Source of the DNA: Fistulifera solaris
Taxonomy: Eukaryota
Assembly: GCA_030295235.1 (NCBI GenBank)
Contig: AP026147.1
Coordinates: forward strand, 372,001-436,000
DNA: 64,000 nt
Direction: 5' to 3'
Shown here: piece by piece, positions 27,065-38,535 of the stretch
How the letters are laid out: each line of letters starts with the position of its first letter
Position numbering within the stretch: position 1 is the stretch's first letter
Notes under the pieces: model-generated
The model's database searches: none
Seen by the model: only the letters and a program-made list of their open reading frames with translations
What the model was told of the DNA's origin: nothing
Program-made: the position numbers and the translations under genes

Positions 27065-28759
27065 TTAGATACCTTGACTTATTTCATATTCTTTTTTTAG
27101 ATAGTCGTCCAGCTGTCCTGCAGCCGCCAAGATCAGACCATGGAAAGGAGGACTGGGGGCCAGCGGCCGACTCAAAAACTCTGGATGAAACTGACAACCA
27201 ATGTAAAACGGGTGCACATCCCTAGGTAGTTCTGCAATCTCCATGCGCTCACCCGACTCATCTCGTCCTACCAAAAGCAATCCTTTCGAGTGAACCGCTT
27301 CCACCTTTTCTGGATTAACTTCGTACCGATGTCGGTGGCGTTCTGAAATGATTTCCTTGCCGCCGTACAAAACCTGCGCCGTCGACATGCTTCCGTCTTC
27401 GTACTTGTGAGTGAACTTGGTGTTGCGAGCTCCCAATCGCATCGTTCCACCCATCGTTTCCTTGTCGATCTCTGGCATGAATATAACCACGGGATGAGCG
27501 GTATTCTCGTCGAATTCGGTCGAATCCGCCTTCTCCCACAGCAACACATTACGACAGTACTCCACCACAATCGCTTGAAAGCCGAGACACACGCCGAGTA
27601 ACGGGACTTTATTCTCTCTACAATAGTTTGCAGCAATGATTTTACCCTCCCATCCTCGACTACCGAATCCACCCGGAATGATGACTCCTTGCGCCGCCTT
27701 GACCTTGTCCCAGGCCTCGGCATGACCTTCGGCGGTATCCGACTCCAACGAACTCGCTTCGACCCATTCCAGGTTGAGTCGAACATGACAAGCGATGCTG
27801 GCGTGTCTCAACGCTTTAATGACGGACAAATAACTATCTTGTAGACCATTGTACTTTCCAATCAAAGCAATCGTCACTTCTTGCGTCGCTGTTTCAATCG
27901 ATTTGGCCATGACGGTCCACGACGTCAAACCAGGAATCAAGGATCGACCAAATTGGAGTTCTTCTTGCAAAATCATGTGTAGATTCTGCGACTTGAGTAA
28001 GGAGGGAACAAAATACACATTGCTGACATCGTGTACGCTCAAGACATTGGACGCCGGAACGTGACAAAAGAGTGAAATCTTTTGTTTGGTGGCATCCAAC
28101 AAGGGTTCCGTCGAACGACAAAAGATGACCTGTGGACTCAATCCGAGAGAACGGAGATCGCGAACTCCGTGTTGTGTGGGCTTGGTTTTCTGTTCATCTG
28201 ACAAGACGGGAACGAGGCTGACAAAACACAGACAGAAGCTTTCAAAGCCGACACGGAACTGAAATTGACGCAAGGCCTCGAGAAAGACGGAACTTTCAAT
28301 GTCCCCGACCGTTCCTCCCACTTCAATCAAACAAACCTCCGCCACTTGTCCGGACGGATCCACCGGAATTTGTGCGACGCGCTCAATCCAATCTTGAATA
28401 CAGTCGGTAATGTGCGGTACCACTTGTACTGTTTTCCCTAAATAATCACCTTTGCGCTCCGCGAGAATCACTTTTCGGTAGACTTTGCCCGTCGTAATAT
28501 TGTGATCGGACGTGAGAGTAATCCCCAAGAAACGTTCGTAATTACCCAAATCGAGATCCGATTCTCCTCCATCGGCCAATACAAAGACTTCTCCGTGCTC
28601 AAAGGGTGACATCGTACCCGCATCGACGTTCAAATAAGGATCAATTTTAATGGCGGTGACTTTGACACCGGACGCTTGCAACATGCGTCCCATACTACTG
28701 ATGGTGACACCTTTCCCCAAACCGGAGACGACACCTCCGGTGACTGCGATATATTTCAT
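27065..28759 (-). CDS. pyrG: CTP synthase
   Basis: [60 protein letters not shown]. Confidence 0.98.
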   Translation of the reverse strand: MKYIAVTGGVVSGLGKGVTISSMGRMLQASGVKVTAIKIDPYLNVDAGTMSPFEHGEVFVLADGGESDLDLGNYERFLGITLTSDHNITTGKVYRKVILAERKGDYLGKTVQVVPHITDCIQDWIERVAQIPVDPSGQVAEVCLIEVGGTVGDIESSVFLEALRQFQFRVGFESFCLCFVSLVPVLSDEQKTKPTQHGVRDLRSLGLSPQVIFCRSTEPLLDATKQKISLFCHVPASNVLSVHDVSNVYFVPSLLKSQNLHMILQEELQFGRSLIPGLTSWTVMAKSIETATQEVTIALIGKYNGLQDSYLSVIKALRHASIACHVRLNLEWVEASSLESDTAEGHAEAWDKVKAAQGVIIPGGFGSRGWEGKIIAANYCRENKVPLLGVCLGFQAIVVEYCRNVLLWEKADSTEFDENTAHPVVIFMPEIDKETMGGTMRLGARNTKFTHKYEDGSMSTAQVLYGGKEIISERHRHRYEVNPEKVEAVHSKGLLLVGRDESGERMEIAELPRDVHPFYIGCQFHPEFLSRPLAPSPPFHGLILAAAGQLDDYLKKEYEISQGI

Positions 28760-29489
28760 TTTGTGATTGTGTATATGTTTCGTCAATACTAACAATGACA
28801 GCTTTGGTGTCGGAAGATTGGAAAATAATAGCAATGCGATGAGGCGGAATTTTCTGTTTTCTGGTTCTGTTTTTGCGAGAGGGGGTGGTTCCGAAAATCA
28901 CGGAATGACAGACAGGCGGAGCGAAGTGCGCGCTCTTTGGAGTCCCGGGCCACAGTCACGTAGCAAGGTAAACTTAATTAAGAGGATGTCGCGCGTCGCG
29001 CAACTGATCGAATTAGCACGTATTGTGTCATTCGATATCTTACTTGAATTGCTACTATTGTTAGAAGCTATTGCTGAAGCTATTCACCACTTTGTTGATC
29101 ACTAGACGCCAAGAACACACTGCATCGATAAACGTCTTCGGCAATGAAACAACTGGCTGATCCACCCCCACGCGTTTGGATCCTAGAGAGCCCGGTGTCT
29201 CTGCCATTTATAGCGAAAACTATTCATCGCGCAAGAGTTGTGTTGATTGATAGGACCTGACATCGATTGGTGTTATTCACCGAACGGCGTCGGCAGAAAT
29301 GTTTCCGACAAACAAAAGACGTTTTTCCAAAGCAGTCCATGGCTAAGAAAAAGTACAACACACAGCTACAATTCTGCGCTAACATTCACTACAATACAAC
29401 CACACATGAAAACTAAAATGCACTTTCACACTCGTTGCAAGAATGGTTCGTTCTAATCCTTATATTTGACTGCTGGGGTGTTGTCGGTT

Positions 29490-29813
29490 TTACACACGCG
29501 AAGGGTACAGCATGACACGGACACGTCCACCAATGGCTTGCGGTGGCAGATTGCGTCGGAATCGGCAACGAACAACACCATTGGAACCGTGGTGTCGGCT
29601 CACCTTGCCCCAGTTGACGCGAAATTGACCATCGGCGGCCTTGGTGATAAAGGCGACGCGCTTTCCGAGGTAAAAGTCCGCATCGGCCTTGTTGTCGCAG
29701 CCCTTGATTTTGACAAGAGATACATTTACGTTCTGAGTGCGCAAGGCTCGCTTGTAACCGAGGATGGCGCCGTCGACGTGCAAGCGGGGGGAGCGTTTGG
29801 TAGTCACCGTCAT
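29490..29813 (-). CDS. RPL35A: 60S ribosomal protein L35a (eL33)
   Basis: LGYKRALR..FYLGKRVAF..WGKVSRHHGSNGVVR..RVMLYPSRV; probable 5' UTR intron ~29818-29927. Confidence 0.96.
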   Translation of the reverse strand: MTVTTKRSPRLHVDGAILGYKRALRTQNVNVSLVKIKGCDNKADADFYLGKRVAFITKAADGQFRVNWGKVSRHHGSNGVVRCRFRRNLPPQAIGGRVRVMLYPSRV

Positions 29814-30534
29814 CGTGCTGTGTTTGTATGGTGTGGCGTTGCAGAGAAGAGGCAAAATAGACACAAGAAATGAGTTACCGACTCGAATTCTTTCAATTAT
29901 TCTTTTATAATGAAAAGACAATCTTACCTGTTTCTTTTTCTTTACGGAGTACTTCTGATTCTGCAACACAACAAGATGGGGATGAGGATGCCCGCAACAA
30001 CGGTTTCGACGGCACGGTCGATGGTGATTGAATGCCGTTTGGGTACGCGTAGGCAATGTACGGCGAGCGTACCATCGACCCGTCGGTCTGTCCTGGACTC
30101 ATAACCTAGTAAAGTGGTTTCGCGGTAAATCGTCCTGTACGGTCCTTACAAATTTGTACGGCTGTCAAAGGAGCACTGCCGACCCATCGTCTCACACGGC
30201 ATCCTCTCGCAACCTCCTCTCGTCCGACGACTCTCCATTGCCGCTACTTCCCTTCAGCGCATTCTCGTTGGAACACCTTGAGCTTTTCGTTTTCGTATTC
30301 AAGACTTTAGTATTTAGTAGATCTGCATCAAGGTGCGTTTGGTTTTCAATTGTAGTCTCGAAGAGAATAGGTCGGGTTTCTTTGGAGTGAAGTCAATGGC
30401 AGTGAGCGTGAGAGGTGCTGTTGGGCATCACTCACCCCCTTGCGGCGGCTTTTACGACATGGATCACCGCTATTCTTTATCTTATTGCCTTATTTGATAC
30501 GATTCTCATCTTTATTCCTCTTGATCACTTACAG

Positions 30535-31159
30535 ATGGTTCGCATGTCTGTACTCGCCGATTGTCTGAAGACCATTTCCAACGCGGAAAAGCGTGGTCGA
30601 CGACAAGTCCTAATCCGACCTTCCTCGAAGGTTGTGATCAAGTTTTGCAAAAAATGCAAGAGAACGGTACGTCATTCACAAACTGCTGTAAATGGAAGAG
30701 ATTTGGTTGTTCCATGGTGAGCGCGCTTGTATGAGCTGCTCGGCCAGGACCCCATGGAGACTTTCATCATCGTTACGATGCTTTCAACTCTCTTCCTAGA
30801 GTCAACATTTACACAGATAGTCATCACACTCACAAAAGTTGTTGTTTTTTCTCTCTCGTTACTTTTGCCGTACTCGTCTGTGACATTTATGTTTCGCAGG
30901 ATATATTGGTGAATTCGAAATTATCGATGATCACAGATCCAACAAGATTGTGATTGAATTGACGGGCCGCTTGAACAAGTGCGGTGTTATCAGCCCTCGT
31001 TTCGATGTCGAATACGGCGAAATTGAGAAATGGATCGTCAACTTGTTGCCCAGTCGTCAATTCGGTCACATTGTCTTGTCCACGACGTACGGCATTTTGA
31101 CGCACGAAGAAGCTCGACGCAAAAAGACTGGAGGCAAAATATTGGGATTCTTTTATTAA
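30535..31159 (+). CDS. RPS15A: 40S ribosomal protein S15a (uS8)
   Basis: [46 protein letters not shown]; intron 30667-30899; T-run indel ~30645; probable 5' UTR intron 30333-30534. Confidence 0.96.
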
Positions 31160-31712
31160 AAGAAGGAAAGGAAATTCTTAACATATCTGAAAGTAATAGT
31201 AAAGCTTCTAAATTTACCCCCCGATCATGGATTACATTAGAGAATGTTGAGTTAGTTGACGAGCAGTAAACAGGTCACGTGTCACGTCTATGTTGTGCGT
31301 CCTATGAAACCATAGTTTGATTAATAGACAATCAGACTAGAGTAGTCATCAAGCATTGCAATTGACATGCACAACTCCGTAACCTTCTTATCGTGGAACA
31401 CAGCGCGAAATGCGACACCGCCAAGTTGGATCAAGGTTTCTTTTATCGTTTATCTTGTAAAAAAAGCGATACCGCTTATTCATCACGTGAAACTAGAGGC
31501 TTCTAAAAAGTCATCAGAGCCAGCGAGGGTTTGCCGGTTAACAATTTAATTATCACTATCTATTTCTCGCTTTTTTTAAAGCCGACATGAGAGCAGGGAA
31601 AGCACGACATTAGTGCAAATATCGATTTACTTTCAAGAGAAAAAGACAAACAAAACTCTCAAGCTTTTTTCTTCTTATGAACGACTTGGCAATTTTCCCT
31701 GCCATGTTCGGA

Positions 31713-32018
31713 CTATGACTCCTGTTGCTCTTCCTCCAAACGCTTTTCTTCTAATATCTTGTCGATATCTTTGGTCGGAGGAGGCGGGCCGCAGGGTTGC
31801 ACCATTTTCTTCCAAAATTCCAATCGGGTTCGTCCGATACTCTCATTTTGAGCTACGGCATAATACGAAAGCTGATCGTAATGTCCCAAAAAGCTAGCGT
31901 ACGTATCACGGTGCTGATTCGTTAGCCATTCGTACTTGCTCAGGTCGGCGTGTCCGGTGCCGACATAGCGCGCTTTGAGTTGCTCGGCCGAGAGATTGCC
32001 GCCGCCCGGAGCGCTCAT
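31713..32018 (-). CDS. SF3B5: Splicing factor 3B subunit 5 (SF3b10)
   Basis: ARYVGTGHADLSKYEWLTNQHRDTYASFLGH..KMVQPCGPPP. Confidence 0.95.
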   Translation of the reverse strand: MSAPGGGNLSAEQLKARYVGTGHADLSKYEWLTNQHRDTYASFLGHYDQLSYYAVAQNESIGRTRLEFWKKMVQPCGPPPPTKDIDKILEEKRLEEEQQES

Positions 32019-32417
32019 GTTGTTCTAATTATGCTGTTATCGACGAAAACGGATCTTTGTGTTGCAATGGCGAACGAGAGATTGTAAAAGTGATAGCAAA
32101 CTGCAGTAATAGAACGAAAAAATACGGAGTAAAGAGAAAAGCAATGAGCTCGCTGCACGACGACGAGCAGACGACCTAACATTTGGGAGCAATAAGGTTA
32201 CGGGGTTACGATATTGCTAACTGCTAACCTTAAACCTTATTATGACAGGCGCAATAAACGCACCTCAAAAACGCAAAACGACTGCTGCGCAACCAAACCA
32301 TTCTCACTCTTGTGAACGTATCGTCAACAGCAATCTTTTCCTTGTTTCGCTTTGTTTTATAGCCGCCGACACAATTGACACCTCTTCCGCGCGTCCCATT
32401 CAACAACAAAGTCAACA

Positions 32418-32846
32418 ATGTCCTATTTGTTACCGCACTTGCATTCCGGATGGGAAGTCGATCAGGCCATTGTCACGGAAGAAGACCGCGTGGTCGTCAT
32501 TCGATTTGGTCGTGACGATGATGCGACGTGCATGATACAAGATGAAGTACTCGCCAACATTGCCGAAAAAGTTCGCAACTTTGCGGTCATTTACTTGGTC
32601 GATATTGAGGAAGTACCCGACTTTAATAACATGTACGAGTTGTATGATGATTGCACGACCATGTTCTTCTTCCGTAATAAACACATCATGGTTGATTGTG
32701 GTACAGGAGATAACAATAAGATTAATTGGGCCTTGACGGATAAGCAAGAGCTCATCGATATCATCGAGCTCGTGTATAGAGGCGCACGGAAGGGACGAGG
32801 TTTAGTAGTATCACCGAAGGATTACTCGACCAAGTACCGGTATTGA
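32418..32846 (+). CDS. TXNL4A: U5 snRNP 15 kDa thioredoxin-like protein Dim1
   Basis: MSYLLPHLHSGWEVDQAI..RGLVVSPKDYSTKYRY, 142 aa. Confidence 0.98.
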   Translation: MSYLLPHLHSGWEVDQAIVTEEDRVVVIRFGRDDDATCMIQDEVLANIAEKVRNFAVIYLVDIEEVPDFNNMYELYDDCTTMFFFRNKHIMVDCGTGDNNKINWALTDKQELIDIIELVYRGARKGRGLVVSPKDYSTKYRY

Positions 32847-33541
32847 GATCAAAAATGCAGTTTGAATCATTTCCAATCATGCTTCATCAGGTTTGAACCA
32901 AAGAGATACTGAAGCGAAACACATGTAATTTGCATCACGATGAGATGCATTGTTCGGTTACACCAGCGTTTGTAGCAATTACAATGATACAATGACGTTC
33001 ATCTGACGTGATAAGTTAGCATTTAAAGATTTAGAAGAGTCCTTTCAATCAAAATCGGAAAAACTTACAACTGAATAACAAGGCGACAATATCCAGGACT
33101 TCGGTTACGTCACGGTAGGACGCTTTGCAAAACTTTCAACTTTACGAGTCTATTCTTGTTTTGCAACTGTTGCTTAATGTAAATAAATTGTTATAAAGAA
33201 AGTTTTACCGCATTACGCTTACAGAACGAACGAAGATTAATAAATCGCTGATGAGTCCGGCGCGAAGGGATACACTATTGGTTCATGACTCATGACTGAA
33301 ATATGATCGTGGGATGATGGCACAGAACCTATAGACAGAAATTCCGTCTGTGAAATTATGTAAACCTCAGACAGAATTTTTGTCAGCTTCAGAGACTGCT
33401 CGTATTTTCTGTAAGCGAAGCAAAAGAATGCTCTTGAAACCTACCAGTATTGTACTGGTACCTGGTAATGTTGCATACATCATTGTCATTATCATACCAG
33501 TATATTCCTTGGCCTTCTTACTACACTAATAATACACCATT

Positions 33542-34672
33542 ATGGAGGAAGAGTGTCCCATCTGCTTGAATTCTTTCGAAGTGAGTGATATAGCCTATCC
33601 TCTGTGTTGTGCGACACCGACCTGTCACTTCAATTTTTGCATAAAATGTATTTATAATCTTCAACAATCGGCAGCCGATGGATACCAGATGGCTTCCGAC
33701 GGATCGAATCAGCTCAAAGTACACTTCAAGTGTCCGCAATGTCGAGAAAAGTACCAGTGCAACACTTATCCATCGGAATTGATTGTGCACTCGGTGCTCT
33801 TGCTACGAGAAGCGAGCACTTTGGAACCTTCTTTGATGGTTGTTGATTCCGGACTAAATGCAACAATACTCAATCGCCGCAACTTGTTTCTAAAATCAGT
33901 ATCCATGGAGGATTTACAAGATGCGACACGGCGCTTGGACGTATATATGAGGGAAATCGGCAAAGAAACGACGGTTCCTCCGCTCGATTGGGACCTTTGG
34001 CGTCCGCTGATTGCGGAAACGTCAGAGGGACTCTCATTGCCAGCAGCATTATCATCGTCTCCCATGCATCATGAAGAAATAAAGCAATGGAGCGATCCAA
34101 CTCTGTTTTACGGTCTCGACGAACTCATGACTTGTGATGAACAAGAATTTGTGACGCATCTGATGGTGCAAGGCGAACCGGAGCTGTTGGCGCAAGGAGC
34201 ACATATATTGCACGGTATATTGGATATGACGACCACTTCTACGACGCAACCATCGTTTAACACATGTGCAGGGAGTGTACCCCGAGCACAGCCCATTGAT
34301 CCGGCCGTTCTGCAACGGGTTCGAAAATTATATCCTCTGCCACCGCGCATGCCTCGCTGTGTACGAATGCCTAGATACGATTTGAACGGTCGCACTAAGC
34401 CCTTGAAATTTGAGAAAGACGACAAGCTGTCACTGATACAGGTCCGAGGTCCAGCAGGACAGCTGGGGTTGCGCAAGGGTGATTTAGTGACGCACATCAA
34501 CGGAGAGAATGTGGCCAATATTGACGAATTTGAAGCCGCCTTACAGCAGAACGGCGACACCGACGACAACTTTTGGTTGGCTGTGAACTGTGACGAAGAA
34601 ACTGCCAAAGCGTTACAATTAAGGTACCAGAAAATGACACGGGAGAAAGTTCACTTTCGGAAGCACGGATAG
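33542..34672 (+). CDS. RING-type zinc finger protein with C-terminal PDZ-like domain
   Basis: CPIC..CHFNFCIKC..CPQC; VRGPAGQLGLRKGDLVTHINGENV. Confidence 0.7.
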   Translation: MEEECPICLNSFEVSDIAYPLCCATPTCHFNFCIKCIYNLQQSAADGYQMASDGSNQLKVHFKCPQCREKYQCNTYPSELIVHSVLLLREASTLEPSLMVVDSGLNATILNRRNLFLKSVSMEDLQDATRRLDVYMREIGKETTVPPLDWDLWRPLIAETSEGLSLPAALSSSPMHHEEIKQWSDPTLFYGLDELMTCDEQEFVTHLMVQGEPELLAQGAHILHGILDMTTTSTTQPSFNTCAGSVPRAQPIDPAVLQRVRKLYPLPPRMPRCVRMPRYDLNGRTKPLKFEKDDKLSLIQVRGPAGQLGLRKGDLVTHINGENVANIDEFEAALQQNGDTDDNFWLAVNCDEETAKALQLRYQKMTREKVHFRKHG

Positions 34673-34802
34673 CATATTCCATGCTTGATGCTTGCACCAG
34701 TAGTTTAGATAGGCACTGACGACTACGGATCTTCACCAAGCCAAATGATTTTGCTTTTTTATAAAACCTAACGATTAAGTTAACATTTTATGTCTAAAAT
34801 CA

Positions 34803-37800
34803 TTAATGTTTACACTGAACTGAAACTTTTTCAATTATATGCCGAAGCTGCTCGACTTTGGCATAAGCACCCCAATCACTGAAGAGATTGGAAGCTCGCT
34901 CATACATTGCAACCGCCCTGTCGTCGTCACGACACGCGACAAAATAATCGGCAAGTCGCTCTAAGATAATGCCATCCTGGTGAAGATTTCCCTGCGCTTC
35001 AGCTGCACTAGAAGCTGCAAGGTACAGCCCGACTATGTCTTCATCGACATTTACTTGTTTGGTATTTACCTCTCGAACCAAAACCGCCAACTCTGCTTCT
35101 AGGAAGAGCTTCTTGCAAAGCACACCGGGGCTAGTAGCCATCCAAGGTGTTATTTGCTTCAAAACTGATTGTGCAACTTTCGTGTTTTTTCGAGCTTCGG
35201 TGCCTGCTTTCGCCAGTTCAACGGCCACGAGTGCTCTCTGGAATGTAAGTTCCTTAAAGACGAAGGAACTTTTTGGGGAGTTGGGTCGAAGATTCATATC
35301 AGTTAGCATGGTGTTCGCGTGTTCCATATCCCTGAAAATGTAGGCGAGACAAGCAGCAAGGTAGCGAAGACCAGTAGCCCAAAGCAGATTAGACGTGGCA
35401 AGGCAATCAGATAGTGCTTGTTCGAAAATCAAAGCTTCGCCCCGCAATCGTGCTGGATTCTTAGCGTTCCCTCTTATGCACTGAATGAATTGTTGAATCA
35501 TCAAACACAATCGTGCTGTCGATTCTTTCTGATGCTGACGGACGAGATGCAGGCAGCGGTCAATCTCTATTGCCAAATCATCCAATGATTCTCCTAGAAT
35601 GATCGCAAAGCAAACTCTCCACGCGGTTGCTTGCGATGCCGTTTCTATGAAGCCAACTTTCAATGCCGACTGGATCGAATAACGTAGCATGTCAACTATA
35701 CTTTCAATGTCTCCAACTCCTTTGCCCCAATGCACGACGTGCACGCCAAGAATCAGCTGAACTTGGGAAAGGTGGTGCTTCGACTGCATTTGCTCAGCAA
35801 GTGTTAAAGCCAAATCCCCAAAACGGATGCCCGTTTCGGTATCACCAAACCCACACATTACTTGAGCGTAATGAGCGAAAGCAATGCATGCCGAGTCGTC
35901 AAGTCCACTTCGCATGACCAAACGTAAAGCACGACAAGCAGTCACCACCATTGCACCGTTAGAAGAACGATAACATACCGAAAAAATCAAACAAAGAAGC
36001 TGCAGGAGATCACTGCATACCGCATCACGCACACAAGGTAGATTGAGAATGTCTGTATTGCTCTTGCCTCGTACAGCGAATTTCGACATCATCACCTCTC
36101 TTGTCATCGCAAAGGATGATGTATTCTCAGCATTTATCTTTTCACCAAGTTGAGCCATAATGTCGCAACCCACTCTAACAGCTTCCTGCAGATTATCTTG
36201 TTCCGCCATCGACTTGATGAAAGCTGTGTACGCAGGAAGCTTGTCGTCGATACTTCTACCAAAGCGAATCACTTCCTCAATGTACCCGACGACTGCTCCG
36301 TAATTTCCGTTAACGGCCTCGACTTCAGATGCACCATTGTACAATGCCAACATGGTTTCGTAATGTTCCTCCCACATCCGCTCACCTGACCCCATTAATT
36401 GTATCCCTTTGCAGAAAAACGCGGAAGCGCTTGCGTAACTTGTTGCTGCCTTAGCTTTCTCACCAGCCATCAAATTGAGCTCAGCAAACCGTATGCGTTC
36501 TCTCTCGTCCCTCAATAAACTAGAGCCTTTGTTCAGAAGCGCCACCACCACGGAAACGTTTTTCTGGAGAGCCACGGGGCTACTCGACTTCCACAACTTG
36601 CGACCAATTTTTAGGAAATATTCTTCCCGCTCATCTTTCGGAATGAGATCAAAAACACTTTGTCGTATCCATGTATTCGCAAAGCGATACCCTCCACATT
36701 GTGGATAAAATAAAAGAAGCCCCCGATCAGCCGCGAGTTTCAGGTGAGATCCAGTTGGCGTCTGCAATATGATGTCAATAGCCGAATCGTCGATTTCATC
36801 GCCCATACAACTAGCAACTTTCAGTACTTCCTGAACGACGCGAGGAAGGTTATCAATTATTTCACGAAGGTAAGAAAAGAAATCTGCGGGGGAAAGATTG
36901 CTCGCAAGAGCCTCTTTGTCCCACTCCCACCTATCGTATTCGATATTTTTGTAGATAGTTCCACGTTCGATGAGTAATCGCACCAATTGCATTACATGGG
37001 AAGCAGTACCCTCAGTTCGTGCTATCAAGATCTCACTCAAAGGTCGTACAATTCTCTCGTCACGTGACATGAGATCTGCTAAGAACTCGGAAACCGAATC
37101 CAAACTCAGAGCCGATACAGTTAATTTCTCGACGTCCACGCTTGCTTCTTTCTCTAGCCGCGATACAATTACTTTGAAAGGTACGATATTGGTGTACGGT
37201 TTTGATATGGCAACCCCATATTCGTTATCATCTTCGGCAGAGACAACTGTGGCCCCATAATAGAGTCCATGTTCCCTCGATGTCATGCATGCGGTAATGA
37301 TTAATATTGAAATTCCTTCTGTGATTAACAGTGAACGAATGAGATCGCAAGAGGCTGCACTGGCCAATTGCACATCATCGAAGAATAGCACTAGTGGGGC
37401 ATTGGCTGAAAGCACTCTAAAAGTGCGACAGAAAAGATGACGGATGCGATTCTGAGCATCGAGGCCGTACATTTTGGAAACACCTTTGCTCGGTTCGCCG
37501 ACTAATTGCTTGAGCACAGGTAGCAAATCAGTAAGTAACCGTGCCTCATTGCCGACTGCAGCAAGAAGTTCCTGTTTCGTCGCCGCCATGACACCCTCAT
37601 CCGAGACGGCCAGGAATTGTTCGACGTATTGCTTCAAGGCAACAATGAAAACAGAGTAATATTGATCCACAAATCCTTCTTCAAACTTTGCCGATACAAA
37701 GAATCCTCTACTCCTGGCAATAGTAGGAAGTAACCCATGCTCAACTAATGCGGTCTTGCCGCTCCCAGAGCGACCAGTAATCACAATTAGTTTCTTGGTT

Positions 37801-37958
37801 CGCTCCTTTTGGAAGCGCCAGTAAGCGCTCGCGAGCAACGACTCTTCGCTTTCTCTACCGTACAGCTTTCCAACCGATGCTATGCCTAATTTTTTCCGAA
37901 AAGAATCCATAGAGATCTTTCGTTTCGTGTCATTCTCCGTTATTGGGTAACATTGCAT
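34803..37958 (-). CDS. STAND-class P-loop ATPase (AAA_16-like) with C-terminal helical/TPR-like region
   Basis: KLYGRESE, Walker A GRSGSGKT, Walker B LVLFFDDVQ, RTEGTASHV, LKVASCMG, AELNLMAGEKA. Confidence 0.85.
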   Translation of the reverse strand: MQCYPITENDTKRKISMDSFRKKLGIASVGKLYGRESEESLLASAYWRFQKERTKKLIVITGRSGSGKTALVEHGLLPTIARSRGFFVSAKFEEGFVDQYYSVFIVALKQYVEQFLAVSDEGVMAATKQELLAAVGNEARLLTDLLPVLKQLVGEPSKGVSKMYGLDAQNRIRHLFCRTFRVLSANAPLVLFFDDVQLASAASCDLIRSLLITEGISILIITACMTSREHGLYYGATVVSAEDDNEYGVAISKPYTNIVPFKVIVSRLEKEASVDVEKLTVSALSLDSVSEFLADLMSRDERIVRPLSEILIARTEGTASHVMQLVRLLIERGTIYKNIEYDRWEWDKEALASNLSPADFFSYLREIIDNLPRVVQEVLKVASCMGDEIDDSAIDIILQTPTGSHLKLAADRGLLLFYPQCGGYRFANTWIRQSVFDLIPKDEREEYFLKIGRKLWKSSSPVALQKNVSVVVALLNKGSSLLRDERERIRFAELNLMAGEKAKAATSYASASAFFCKGIQLMGSGERMWEEHYETMLALYNGASEVEAVNGNYGAVVGYIEEVIRFGRSIDDKLPAYTAFIKSMAEQDNLQEAVRVGCDIMAQLGEKINAENTSSFAMTREVMMSKFAVRGKSNTDILNLPCVRDAVCSDLLQLLCLIFSVCYRSSNGAMVVTACRALRLVMRSGLDDSACIAFAHYAQVMCGFGDTETGIRFGDLALTLAEQMQSKHHLSQVQLILGVHVVHWGKGVGDIESIVDMLRYSIQSALKVGFIETASQATAWRVCFAIILGESLDDLAIEIDRCLHLVRQHQKESTARLCLMIQQFIQCIRGNAKNPARLRGEALIFEQALSDCLATSNLLWATGLRYLAACLAYIFRDMEHANTMLTDMNLRPNSPKSSFVFKELTFQRALVAVELAKAGTEARKNTKVAQSVLKQITPWMATSPGVLCKKLFLEAELAVLVREVNTKQVNVDEDIVGLYLAASSAAEAQGNLHQDGIILERLADYFVACRDDDRAVAMYERASNLFSDWGAYAKVEQLRHIIEKVSVQCKH

Positions 37959-38223
37959 TTTTCTTGGTCAGCGTAAAGAAAAGAACCCGGTTGTTGGATA
38001 CGGAGCTTGAAATAAAGTGCAACTAGCTGAGAAACTCTGATCGCTCTATCCATCCATGTCAAAAGTGAGCAGCTGGAAGAAGCTCAGCAATAGCTAAATA
38101 ATGACAAGTCGCCAGGACTTACAAAAGGATATCTTCAGCATTATGAAAAGCGAAAAATGCACAGCAACGGAGGAACAAAAAGGAAAAATATTTGGGCGTT
38201 ATTATTGGCGTCGTGTAATGTTT

Positions 38224-38390
38224 TCACTTCTCCATAAAATCTGGGGGTGCGGTATTTTACGTGTCCATAAAATCTTGGCGCGCGGTGTTTTTTACATCTC
38301 CATAAAATCTGGGCGTTTGGTGTGGGGGTGTGGTGTTTTCAAGTATACAGCAAATCTGTGGGAGTGATGTTTTTACTTGCACAGAATATG
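38224..38390. repeat. Short tandem repeat (~34 bp, 3 copies plus degenerate) with TCCATAAAATCTGG core
   Basis: TCCATAAAATCT at ~38230, ~38263 and ~38299. Confidence 0.7.
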
Positions 38391-38535
38391 TGGTCGATGA
38401 TCGTTGACGAAAACAAGCCTAATTGAGGTGTGCAATAGTGCAATCTATGAGGTTTCAGTTGGAATGGTGTGTCGAAAATAGTCGTTAGGAACACAACAGA
38501 GATTAAATACAAAATTTGGAGGTCTCATGAGGCAA

